64,000 nt of DNA from Selaginella moellendorffii. Lineage: Eukaryota; Plantae; Lycopodiophyta. Numbering within the stretch: the stretch's first letter is position 1; each line of letters starts with the position of its first letter. The stretch lies in assembly GCF_000143415.4 (NCBI RefSeq), contig NW_003314293.1, forward strand, positions 527,763 through 591,762. The letters are read 5' to 3'. The position numbers and the translations under genes were made by a program. The notes below the pieces were generated by a model. The model was not told where the DNA came from, made no database searches, and was given only the letters and a program-made list of their open reading frames with translations. Positions 37,040 to 49,395 of this stretch are shown here, piece after piece.

Positions 37040-38640
37040 AGCTCGAGAACCCGTAAAATTGTAGGAATAATGAGAATATAACTCAAAAGGGATAGAACGA
37101 AACTCCCTACCCTTGAATATTGTGGATGCCATCCTCCCAACATCTAAAAAAGTGGAGCAAGCACTGCATTATGTTGTTCATGCATGACTTCACTCCTGTA
37201 TGCTCCAAAAAAAGAAAACATCTACACACCAGAATGCATAAAAGTATCGCTTTTCTTCAGTGCAACGCAAGCTGTCTTTACCAACGTAATCAATGTAGGT
37301 CAAAAGGTAAGCTCACGTACCGTAAGGGCTCGAGCGGCAGGAAGCTTTTTGAAGTAGCTCAAGGTTGGATAGTGAAGAACTTCAAGAGGAGGCGTGCGAA
37401 TTGCATTTGTGGCGAACTACCTCCAAGCCCTTCTGCATCATATGTCTGCATTAGGAGAAAAAACTTGCAGCACGTTTATTCTATTTACCTCGTGTTTGAT
37501 AACACGAAGAAAATCGCGCAGCTGTGAATGTACGTGACATTGAAAAACTGTGACAAAATGGCCGATTTGAAATCCTCAATGAATTAGCGAAGAAAGTTGT
37601 TATAAAGCACCTAAGAAGTTGAAGAGCTCGGAGTTTATCTGTCCGCTGCTCCGAAGAACTCAATCGACGCATAGAGCGCCCCACTGCCCGAAATTACTTT
37701 TTTAAAATGAAACGTCGGCCATGCGTACAAGTAAAGATGAGATGCTTAACTGACAGTTTCCTGCTCGGAGCTAGCACCATATCACTGTCGTGGTTGTCAT
37801 TGCTGTCGCGAAGAGTCCACTTCAGCGGAAGTGGCCTTGTTTAAGAGAAAACTTTTCAAATGCACATTTTACTGATAAAAACCACAAAGACTCATATTGT
37901 TTCTGGCTCTGATTCCGAGTCCTCTCAAGTTGTTGTTGAATCTTCCTCCTGTATAAACAAGTTAACATTGGAAAAAACTATAGACACAGGCTGCTGAACA
38001 AGCCGGAAGTTCTGATCGTCTTTGTGGGGTCTCTGGTGCAAACGGAGTCGGCTCATATATCGGAGATGCACCAGATCGGGTTCCTGGAAAGAAGAAAGAA
38101 AAAAGCTTGTTAAAATGAAAGAGAAAATAGCAAACCAACCTTCCAAGCAACAAGTTGTCGAGACGAGTGAGAGTAAGTCAGCTCCCTTCAGGAAATCCTT
38201 GAACTTCTCCAGCATATCATTGCCTGTGGTGAACGCTGCTTTCTCTTTATGGAACAGATCCCCGTAAGAGCCTGTAGCTACACCCTCAGCTCCTCAGTGG
38301 AGATAAAGCTCCACAAGGCCCTGAGCACTGTTGCGATCAAACCGGAGATTCAAAGCCGCAGAGTGTCCCTGCAAGATGGTCACAGCGGAAGCAAACACCT
38401 GATTCAGGGGTCCCTGGACAAGTGCTGCCAGCTTTCCTACTGATCGAGCTGGTCCCTGTGCCACCCCGCTCAAGCGAAACACGAGAGTAGCTTGGCCAAA
38501 GCACTGGCGCTGGACTAGAGCCGCCAGAAAGTGGCGATGTTGTGACCAGTCTTATTGGCGGCTTCCAAGGCAAAGGCCACAGTGAGGGAGCGCAAGTCTG
38601 CGATCGCAGAGCCAAGTCCATGTTGACACCTAAGATCACA
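37040..38640 (-). pseudogene. Degenerate multi-exon gene of unknown function ('gene X'), repeated at 47-53.8 kb
   Basis: Exon-like blocks (VFASAVTILQGHSAALNLRFDR..LVELYLH; PHKDDQNFRLVQ; EE..EDSESEPET) flanked by splice-like sites, with stops. Homologous to 46975-47070, 47509-48446, 52330-52890 and 53120-53810. Confidence 0.55.
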
Positions 38641-38814
38641 AATTATACTAGATTCTAAAGGAATGAGCTTACACTAGAACACACTGCAGTGTGTGTTTGA
38701 TCGCTCCACGGATGAGCAGTGTGAGATCTTCAGATATTTCCCAATTTCCTAATTTTAGGAAATATTTCCCAATTTTAGTGTTATAGATTTGAAATCAAAA
38801 TTAAACTTGTCCAG

Positions 38815-41800
38815 TATGAGTGCATGAAATATGGAACAGGAATACAAAAAATATGCATATCAATTAACGTAAAAACCTTAGTTTATATATAAGAACAAGT
38901 GGTCTAGATTGAAACGAATTCGACGGTTACTAAAATCCCACTATACTAATATTAATATATGACATTGTAGTTATACATTTGGACCTCACATCATCCCTTC
39001 CTCTTGGAATAATAGAAGATTATCAAGGTTCTCTTGTAAATGGGCCGGGATCTAGAAGAACATCAAGAGGAGGCATTAGTGGATCTGTAGGTGGTATCAA
39101 TTGTTCCTGATCCCTTTATATGAAACATTTTAACTGCTGCATATGCACAATTTCTAGAGGATCTGCCTGTTGGACATCATGCCAAACCTCATAAACTTGT
39201 GGTCCAACTTGCCTGATATGGTCCTTTCCATTGAGCAAAGAGCCCTTTAAATAAACTACGTATCATAAGATAAGGAAAACAGACTAATATTAAGTCATCC
39301 ACTTTATACGACGATAATGGGAGTTATAGCACCGTTGTTGTCCCACTTGTACGTGGCCTAAATTTTCAATAGACTCTACTCAGACAAGTGGAAAAATGCT
39401 CGTCAAATACTAATCCCACGACCTAGCATTAGTAACTTGTAGCAATCATGAAGGTAAACCTAGCTCCGTTGATAATATTGGATCATGATTATATAGAAGT
39501 TTATATAGTGAAGCATTAACAAAACTCTGCACCCCTATGACATATACATATTGAAGAGACGGCAAATAACCATCCCAATTCGAATGCTAAAAGTTCACAT
39601 ACTTGCCAATCATTCTTTTGAATATCCGAACGAGCCATTCCACCAAACCGTTTGATTGTGGATGATAAGCACTCGTGAAAGTGTGGTGTATCCCCAACCG
39701 AGACGTCAAAACATGAAATGCCTAAACTATAAATGTAAAACCATTATCCGAAAGAATTCACTTCGGACAAGAATGCTAGAACACCACTTGATTGAGGAGG
39801 AAGTATCCAATAACAATTGCAAAAGTGCTAGCAAGAGCACCAACTTCCACTTAACGAGTCAAATGGTCAAAAGCATTAATAACATATTCATTGCTAACAG
39901 TTGATCATCGAAAAAGTCCTATAAAATCAAATGCCACCAACTCAAACGGACAGGAAACTGCAATTGATTCCAACTATCTTTCCATGGCACGAGGAGTATT
40001 ACGAGCTTGGCATCAAATGTAGCTATGCACATATTAGATAACATTACATCGCATCTCCAGCCAATAGAAAAACTTGTGCAACTTTTCGATCACACAATGA
40101 TGTCCAATATGCCTGCCTAGAATAGGAGAATTATGGTAAGCATGGAGAAACTGTGGAATAAAAACGAAAGGCACTACTAGCCATAAAGGATCAAGATCCA
40201 TCCCCACAAAATAAAGAAGGGCGATATTGAGAATATAAATGCCGGAATAGCAAATTATCAGCAAGTGATGTAAAATTCTTAAACCCATCTCAAAGCTTTC
40301 AAATCCACGGCTCAATCTTTTGAGCCTCATAAACCTCATCAAAAGAAGGTAGATCTTGCTCTGCACCTTGTGGACACTAAACGTCAAATACAACAACCAT
40401 TGATAGTATAGAATCCTCATCTAAAAAATCCATAGATACTAGAATAACAAGCTCGTCAAAAACATTAGAAGAGAGTGGAAAAGAAAGAGGAGCTTGAGAA
40501 AGGGCATTAGCATCAGCCATAGAACTCCTTAGGCGATAAACAACATTAAAATCATATATCTAAAAGCTTCAAAGGCCATCGAGCAATACGACCAACTAGG
40601 TTCTTTCGCTTTAATAATGAAGTAACGGCAGCATGATCACCTTCAAGTAACATTTGAGAACTATGTAGATATGCATGAAATTTCTCAAAACCCCAGACTG
40701 CTGCTAAACACTCCTTCTCTGTCGTGGAGTAATTCACCTCCACTGGTTATAATATACAGTTTATATACACAATAGGATGGTGTTAGCCAGGCATACTCAA
40801 ACTTTCTTGTATCAACACACCTCTAAAACTAATATTAGAAACATCCATGCGCAAAATAAAAGGTCGAGTGTAGTTAGGATATACCAAAATTGGAGGAGTT
40901 GTTAATAGCTCTTTGAGATCCACGAATGCCCACTCACAATCCAGAGACCAGATGAAAGATGATGTTAATGACTTCATCAATGCTTGCAACAGTGTTGTGT
41001 GATCAAAAAGATGATCCACAAAACAACCAAGATACTACACCTTACCCAGGAAGTGTTGCATATCAATCACACACTTCAGAGTAAGGAACTTTAAAATAGC
41101 CACAAGTTTGTCAGGATCAACTTGCAAACCCTCACGAGAAATACAATACCTAAGATAAATCGTGTCCTTAGACCCAAATACGCACTTAGACTGCTTCAAC
41201 TTTAAACTAACATCCCGTAGCCAATCTAATACTTTACAAATATTACGAACATACTCCTCCCACATCCCCTCCGTGTAGATCAAGACATTATCAATGAAGT
41301 CAGCAGTCATCTCCAACATATCGCAAAGAACCTCGTCCATCATCCACTAGAAAGTTGTTGAAGCATAGTTCAAACCAAACGGCATCACTAAGAACTCGTA
41401 CAAACCAAATGATGTATGAAAAGCAGTCTTAAGAATATCTTTTTCGGCCATTGGTACTTGCTAGTACCCAGAAGCAAAATCTAGTTTAGTGAACCAATGA
41501 CTTCATCTCAGATGATCCAAAAGATCTACAGTGTGAGGAAGAGGGTACACATCCGGGATCATCATAAGATGAGGTTCATATGCCCAAGAACTCCACGATT
41601 TCCGAATAACACCCTTCTTCAACATCTCCTTGATGTTTGCATGTAAAATCTTGATCTCTTTGGGTGACTGATAATGAACATGAACCTTAATTAGACGAGC
41701 ATCTCTAGTTGGAATCGAATGACATGTGGCAATCTTGGCCCTAAATGATATGTCAAATTCAAATAGATCAGAATACTCCTTCATAAGCTACAACGATCAA

Positions 41801-44167
41801 GGTGGTCTCATCATCGAGGAGGAGGAAGCTGCTAGCGATCGAGACAACAAGATCAAGGTCAACTACTGTAACACAAAGATTGTCAGAGGGATAAGAAAAA
41901 GGAAGAGTAGAATAAGATGGAAACATAGAAAGAAGTAATAGGGGGACAAAAGTAATGGAGGCAAAGGTAGAAACAAAGGGACGAAGAAGTATGGAAATGA
42001 GAAGAATGGATGAAATATAGAAAAGTATGAGACAAGGGGGAGAAGCTTGAAAGTCACATTTGGCATGATTGCATTATAACTAATCCATACTAAGGATGAA
42101 GTCAAAAATTTGACTTGGCACCACCCATAATGATTGCAACCCAAGCTCAAGATCACCCACACACACAATTAGATTTGCCTCATCCCATGCACATGCAAGT
42201 GTACGGCCATTGCTATAAAGAATAAAAACTGGCTCTATCGTATAATCCAAGTGTAGACGGCAATATATGGCAATAGGTCGAGCAATAGAAAATAAACTCA
42301 AACTTGTATACACAAACACAAAGAGAATAATAGGAGACCGCTTGTTATAAAAACAAGTTTAGAAAGTAAACACTAGATGAACTGGTGCCAAGTGAACCCC
42401 TTAATGATATTCCTGAAAAAAAGATGGAGAGATCACTAACTTATTCACGCAAGGTTCTTATATTACTCACGTGGCTCCCTGTTTCCCGAATGCATTTCAA
42501 TGTCCAAACCTTCCACTGCAGCAACACCAACAAGACGTTGTTGATGCCAAGGTCTCCACCCAAGAAACAGTGGCTGCCAATCTAGAAAATGCCGACAACA
42601 CCGATAAGTGTGACCAACTTCATCACACACCCAGTAACGAACATCACAGCCACTACCATGGCCTTGCCCTTGTCCTTGGACTCGAGTAGTAGCAGCATCG
42701 ACCTCCATTAAAATAGGACCATCACCCATAGGAACTGGAACTGAAGGACGTTGTAAGCAACCAAAGAGAATGACTTGAGAGACGATCCATGGGGTTCAAA
42801 TATAGAGGGAAAGGGCCCATGAATAAGAGTGCACCCCCTTTTCCAATTGGTTAAGGGTCTTGGGATAGTTGGAGTTAAGCATCCTTGGGTTTGAATAGTA
42901 CTGGGCTGGGTGACCTCTCGGGAAGTCCAAATTCAGGAGCTTACATTTGGTATCAGAGCAGTCTTGGGTCCGACTCTGTTGGTTGGCTCAGGAGAGTTGT
43001 GGCTCTCAGCTTCTGTTCACGAGGGCGTGAACTTGCAGGGAAGCGTGGTGGATTGTAAGCAACCAAAGAGAACGACTTGAGAGACAATCCATGGGGTTCA
43101 AATATAGAGGGAAAGGGCCCATGAATAAGAGTGCACCCCCTTTTCCAATTGGTTAAGGGTCTTGGGATAGTTGGAGTTAATGGGTTTGAATAGTACTGGG
43201 CTGGGTGACCTCCCGGGAAGTCCAAACTCAGGAGCTTACAGACGTGTAGCGAGAAGTGGAAGAGGCGACGTCTCATAACATTATGCCAAGCGAAGAGCAT
43301 CTTAGGAGCTTACAGACGTGTAGCGAGAAGTGGAAGAGGCGACGTCTCATAACGTTGTGCCAAGCGAAGAGCATCATCAAGGGTAGCTAAAGCAAGTGCA
43401 TACACAAGTCCGACAAGATCTTGATGAAGTGTTGGCCATAACATTCCTAGCTTGATCCACTCTGACATATTTGGCTCCACACGAAGTAAAAGGCTTCGAA
43501 AACAAATGATCACAATTGTCAACATGTCTAAATGCATGTTTGAAGACATCTAGGAAAACACTCTAATCCCCATGAGTGGCTGTGCTCAAACCATTGTACC
43601 ATTGCAACGCCGTCCCTTGAAGACACGTGGGAAACTCAAGATTCCCGTGAAAGAACTCCAGCCAAACGCGAGGATTGGTAGCAAGAGCAGGAGGAATTGT
43701 ACCATATGCCATCCATCAACTGAGTTTGGTTGTTCAATTGCAATTGCATAACATCAAACAATTGTACTAACTATTATTCTAGAGTCAAAAAAGGAAGAGA
43801 TTGCTAATCTACCAATTAAAAGGAAAGAGCAAAAGAAGAGAAATAAAAAAAAAAACCTAAAAGGAAAAAGAGATCTAGACAATGCAAAAAGCTAAATCTA
43901 AACTAGAATCCTAAAAGGAAAAAACAAAAGAAAGGAAATGGAAAACACTAGATTTAGACGATGCAAAAGTTAAATTTAAACCAATATCCCAAATCCAAAC
44001 ACTCTTCACAAACAATCAAAAGTGCTCTTTAATTCCATTAATGTGAGTGCATGGAATATGGAAAAGGAATACAGAAAATGTGAATATCAATTACCCCAAA
44101 AACCCTAATTTATATACAAAAGTGAGAGGTCCAGATTAAAATCAATCTAACGCCTACCAAAACCACA
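38815..44167 (-). mobile_element. Decayed Ty3/gypsy LTR retrotransposon (copy 2, same family as 9290-14268)
   Basis: 3' LTR 38815-38990 with PPT at 38991-39005; integrase (..HNSP..GRHIG..), RNase H (NYSTTEKECLAAVW), RT (FIDNVLIY), gag CCHC-like (CWVCDEVGH..RCC) and a partial 5' LTR at 44042-44167. Confidence 0.9.
42752..43240 (+). mobile_element. Cassandra-type TRIM with 5S rRNA-derived LTR domain
   Basis: LTR1 42752-42945 and LTR2 43054-43240 (TGTAAGC...GCTTACA), 5-bp TSD GACGT on both sides, PBS TGGTATCAGAGC (tRNA-iMet) at 42948-42959, purine-rich tract before LTR2, 108-bp non-coding interior. LTR 42873-42928 (AGTTAAGC.T.CTTGGG....ATAGTACT.GG.TGGGTGACCTC..GGGAAGTCC) matches the 5S internal promoter (A box, IE, C box). 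Confidence 0.93.
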
Positions 44168-44496
44168 CTTGTCAAAAGCAAAAGAAAAAAAATTATATAC
44201 ACTTCTCACAACACTCATCTCAAACACATGAGATTAGAGTGGCATTCACTGGTTTGAAGAGCAAAGCTTCATCCCATTCAGTAGGCAGTAGCTTCTCTAT
44301 GATCATGAATATTTATCTGCTGTTGAGTAGCAATGCTCTGGGGGGAAGCAATCTTTCATGTAAATAGAATCGCAAAATGTGTTTAAGGCTTGAATAATAC
44401 ATAGACTTTGCCAATGCTCTGTTCCTGCCAGCCCAGGAAGCCTAAACTCATCATACCTGTTTATGTGGTGTTCATCCTCCTTTCTTGTTGAGTGGA

Positions 44497-45694
44497 TCAT
44501 CTAGGTGTCCTGAGGGACGGGCGAAAAATCACTGCTTTTGAATATTCATCTACGTGCCCCCCTACTTCGCCCCAATCCCCTGTGCTCAAGTCATAAACAA
44601 ACATGAGCCCTGTCTCTGAAAAGATCACCAGATAGGCCTCTGCATGAACAGAACAACGGAAAACCATTTCCAACAGAGCGCTGCCCAGCGTACACTTCAT
44701 CAAGCATCGCTTTATGGGCCTTTGCAGAGACGGCAACCAAGCTACCCTTACCGTCAACCTTCCACACGCCATAGCCATCAACTCCGGACTCCCCTGCCTC
44801 GCGGTAGCCTCCCACATACACCCAGCCACTTGCCAAGTATCGCTGGCCATTGTACTCAGCCTTGCGGTGCACAGTCCCAGGAGTGGCAAAACGCAGCGCA
44901 GGATCTCTCCATCCGGGTCAACCTTGTCTTCCAGGCCCGTTGTAATCCTCAGGCTGCGCACAACTTCCCCAGTGCTCCACCTGGCACGGCCGAAGTCGTA
45001 AAATCCCAGGATGGTGGGATCGTAGAAGTAATCGTCCAAGCCTGGGAATACAGCAGGGGGTGCCACGTCCACGCTGTAATCTGAAAGCCGCTGCGCCTTC
45101 ATTTTGACGTAGGCTGGCGAGAACGGGAGCTAGACCACGAGCGCATTGCCGAGTCGTAGATGCAGCACCAGTGGCCTGAGAAGTCGACAGCGGTGTAGTG
45201 CAGACCGACTTTGAAGCCATTCTTGTTGACGAACATGGCAAAGTCGATCACTCCCGCTAAACTGTATCTTTCTCTGTCCTCCCAATGCAGCGGTGGTAGT
45301 TCGCTCCACTCTTGGGTCCCTGGATTCCCCACCACCAGCTGAAACACATCATCAGCAGGATCAACCATCCCTGTGCGGCGTGAAGACGCATACCAGGCCA
45401 CCCGCGGAAGCAACGACTTGAGCGCGAGGAAATTCTTCCGTTTTGTGGGGCAACGGAAACTCCAGCTGTTGGGATCCCAGGCGTGGCAACGCTCGCCGTG
45501 GGGGACGGAGCTAGTCATAAGCCACTGTTTTGGCACCAGCGGCAACCAAAGGATGGATCGCCGATGATGGCGTTCCATAACTTGCAAACGGCGGAGCATG
45601 CGGTCACTAGTGTGGCCAGGTCCACATAGCTGAGAACCGTCTCCAAAATGTCGTCTTGCAGCAACACAGGCACTTCTTTTCTCCGTTTCTTCAT
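44497..45694 (-). pseudogene. F-box protein pseudogene (two frameshifts)
   Basis: F-box motif LQDDILETVLSYVDLATL..CSAVCKLWNAII. It continues in ORFs 45099-45599 (VVGNPGTQEWSELPP; IYDSAMRSW) and 44497-45102 (VYDLSTGDW..FRPSL), each in a different frame. Confidence 0.8.
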
Positions 45695-47508
45695 CACACG
45701 TAGAAGAGTGGCGAGAAGCAACCTTATAGTACTGTAAAAGGGATGCCCTTCTTTTTTTTTTAGTGATTTAAGGAAAAAAAGAAGCTCGTTCTTCTTAGTT
45801 TCTTCTTTTTGAAGAAATTATTCCCCAGCTCCTCATAAACAATCCCGTTTATCCGGCCTCGTTCCCTTTAAACATCTAACAAAAACAAACGCGAGCAAAC
45901 TTACTTTGATGGCTTTGGCTCGCTCGAGCATACAAAACTCTGGGGACGCTCTCTTGTTTTGTCGCCACAAAGATGTGCTCAATCTTGTCTACTGAGGAGA
46001 CATGAATCATCGACCATTTTCAGTCATGGAATCCACTACTTTGGGTGCTGTCAAGTTAAAACTGTAAAGACCTTTAGTCATTGGTGGTCCACTTAGTCGC
46101 GGACCTGTAAGTTGAATCTGTGGATCATGTCATGGTGGCACAGTAGAAGTATACTTGTTGAAAACTTTCTCTTGGAGGCAGCATTCGATGATGACTGTCA
46201 TGAGTTCTGTGTCCTGGTAGGACAAAAAAAGGACAAAACCACACATCAAGGTGAGCCTCTGTAGTTTCTGGAATTCGTCTTCGCTGCTCATGACGATTTT
46301 CGCTCGATCCGGCAGCTCTTTGACCACAAAACAAATGTAGCAAAACGTTTCACATACTTTCATACATCATGATCAACATAACTCTCTTGTTTCGTTACAA
46401 CAAAACTATGCCAGGCGTGCTCAATCTCCGTCCACTCTGCCATCAGTGTCCAAAGGCCGGAGGAGACATCTAAGCAAAAACCATTTCTTCAGAACATCGA
46501 AAAAAAAGAGAGAAAGTTAAAATATTTTTACATCAAATCACGTTGATAGCAAATTATTATAAGAATGTTTCATTTTGAGCTTACGTGAATAACTCTGTGC
46601 CATTGTTTCAACCGTTGAAACAATAATTGATTGATTGATAGCTCTTATATCCTAGCCATCAGGGGTATTTGTAAGCAGCATGGAGATGTACTCAGTGATA
46701 TTCCCTTTGCCGCAAGCATAAAATGGATTTCCTGGCAGTCCAGCATCTTATGCCGTAAACAAGGATGAGATGCTTGATGCTCGATCGGCTGAGGGACCCG
46801 ATTCAGGAAAACTTCGTTTGCCAAAAGAGAGTTCTGCTTGTGTGGTTGTAAAAAGCTCTCATCACAACTTGCAGTTCCCTGCTCAAAGCTAGCACTAGTA
46901 TGTCCTCGCAAAGTCTCTGGAGAGTCCAGTTCAGCAGAAGTGGCCGTTTCATCAGTAGTTCTCAATGCACAGTTAACTGATATAAAACCACAAAGACTCA
47001 CGTTGTTTCAGGCTCTGCTTCCGAGTCCTCTGAAGCTGTTGTCCATTCTTCCTCCTGTATGAAACAAGAGAACTTTGCAAAACTAAAGACGCCTTACCAG
47101 TTTTGTGGGATTCTTGTCACCGAAAGACTTTCCGGTAGTTCTCTGCAATCGTCTCCGCTCGATGCTGCCTCTGCCTGAAAAATCGCCTGAGGCCTTTCTT
47201 GTCAAAGGCGATCCAAGAGCAACCTTCTTGGAAATATCCCTCTCGCAATCCCTCTCTTCGAAGATTTCCTCACAGATAAGAAACAAGAGACCTGCCCTTC
47301 CATGTCTGTCTCGTCACTCGGCATGGAGCCTTGAAACGCAGAGCTCAAGGCGCAAGCCTGAAGATGGATATATTTTTCGGCTTCGTACGTCCAGTCTCAA
47401 TATCCTCGCAAACCGGCTGCTTCTGATCATTGTCATCAGCCTGTTTGAAGTATCCCGCAACACTTCCCTGGCAGCCATGCTCGTGCACGCATTGGCAGCC
47501 GCGGTAAT

Positions 47509-48446
47509 TGTCTATAGTTTTCTCTTTATTCTAATGCTAAGTTGTTTATACAGGAGGAAGAATCAAAAATAGCTTCAGAGGACTTGGAATCAGAGCCAGA
47601 AACAATGTGAGACTTTTGTGTTTTTATCAGTAAAATGTGCATTTGAAATTTCCTCTCTTATCTGCTGAAGTGGACTCTCCGCGACTTGGTGAGGACAGCA
47701 ATGGCAATCAAGACAGTGATACCGGTAGCTCCGAGCAGGAAACTGCCAGTTGTGAGGGGATTTGAGTTTCTTGCTTCAACCGCACACACAGGACAGTCTT
47801 TTTGCAAACGAGGTTCCTCTTGAATCGGGTTTCTCGACCGATCGAGCATTAAGTATCTCATCTTTACTTGTAGGCATGGCCGACGTTTCATTATTTTTAA
47901 AATAATTTCAGGCAGCGGAGCGCTCCATGCGTCGATTGAGTTCTTCGAGTTCTTTGGAGCAGCAGACGGATAAACTCCGAGCTCTTCAACGTTTTAGGTG
48001 CTTTCTAACAAATTCATTGAGGCTTTCTTTTTCTTTTTCTAGGCATCAAATTGGGCATTTTGTCACAGTTTTTCAATGTCACGTACATTTGCAGCTTCTG
48101 GGGCGATTTTCTTCGTGCTATTAAACACGAGGTAAATAGAATAAACGTGCTGCAAGTTTTTTGTTCTAATGTAGACATATTATGCAGATCAAGGACATGC
48201 AGGACTTGGAGGTAGTTCACCGCCAATGCAGTCCATCAGTAAGCACCGAAGAAAAGCAAGACGTTCATCCCTTCTGCTGCCCTTGTGTGTGTAGATGTTT
48301 CCTTTCTTTGGAGCACACAGGAGAGAACTCATGCATGAACAACATAATGCAGTGCTTGCTCGACTTTCGCTCGTCGCTCAAGAACATTAGAAGCTGGGAG
48401 GAAAACTGTATTCATTATCCCAACCATTTTACAAGTTCTAGAGCGA
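47509..48446 (+). repeat. Inverted copy of 37040-37987 (3' part of gene X)
   Basis: Colinear reverse-complement blocks, e.g. 48280-48360 vs 37155-37230 and 47870-48165 vs 37455-37750. Confidence 0.85.
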
Positions 48447-49395
48447 GATCGTCGTTTCGCGAGACCGTCTGCCCCTTACACTAATGCTACTTGAAATCCG
48501 AGACTTTTGGACGGCTCTAGATTACAATGGCTATTTTGCATCAACATGTTGAGGGACTATCATGCAGAAGAAATCCTCGATATGAATCCGAGCGTGATTT
48601 TGATTTATGCGTCCCATGGGATTTTCTTTGTAATTAGCTTCAAACAAGCTGGCACAAAATCACAATTGAAATACAATGATCTTCAGAGTCTTGGTTTCAA
48701 GGGTGGAGGAATCCAGCGTGGCCCATGGTACCGTGCCGTTTGCCACGACCATTCTAAATTCCCAGAATGGACTTTGATCAATTAGAACTCCAACAAAAAC
48801 CTGCTAAAGTAGATTCAAAACAAAAGGAAAGAGGATACCTGAGTGCAATCCAAGTGCATGTTCTTCATATTCCAAGCTCTTGATTTTGTAAGACTTCGCA
48901 TCCTTGGAATTCAGGGAGACTTGCGTGAGCTCAGTCCAGAATGCAACGACAATTTCCTTAATACGGTCATGTCCGATACTTCTTCCGAGCTGTGTCGACC
49001 CATGCGTCCGAGCCTGCCATTGCTTGGGCCCTCCTCTGCTCCTGCAAAGTGGCACCGGTTGATGTTGAGGATGCGGTGTCATAACAAAGGCAGCTAAGCT
49101 AGCAAGTTTATCTCTTGATTGAACTCCTTTATTTTGTTGGCAAGCTTGATATGCGTGCTTGTAGAAAGGAACAAGAAAACAAGAACTATCGAGTGTATTT
49201 AGGAAGAGGTCTTCTCAGCAAAAAAGGAACTAATTTTCTTCGCCGGTTAGAAATTGCTCTAACAGAAAAAGATTTGGAAAAACCTTTATTAAATTTACTC
49301 TGTTGGTTACTAAAAAAGTTTAACCACTTTGTGGTACAGCATTTAAAGACACATGCTCGTTAGTTCTGTCAGATTACCTGTTTAGAGTTGCCAGT

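Noticed and set aside
42873-42928. 5S rRNA gene
   Set aside because: Only the internal promoter segment is present, embedded in both LTRs of a TRIM; it is not a full ~120-nt 5S gene.
45880-46960. Additional spliced gene between the F-box pseudogene and gene X
   Set aside because: Short ORFs and splice-like sites exist, but no recognisable motif or consistent model could be built.
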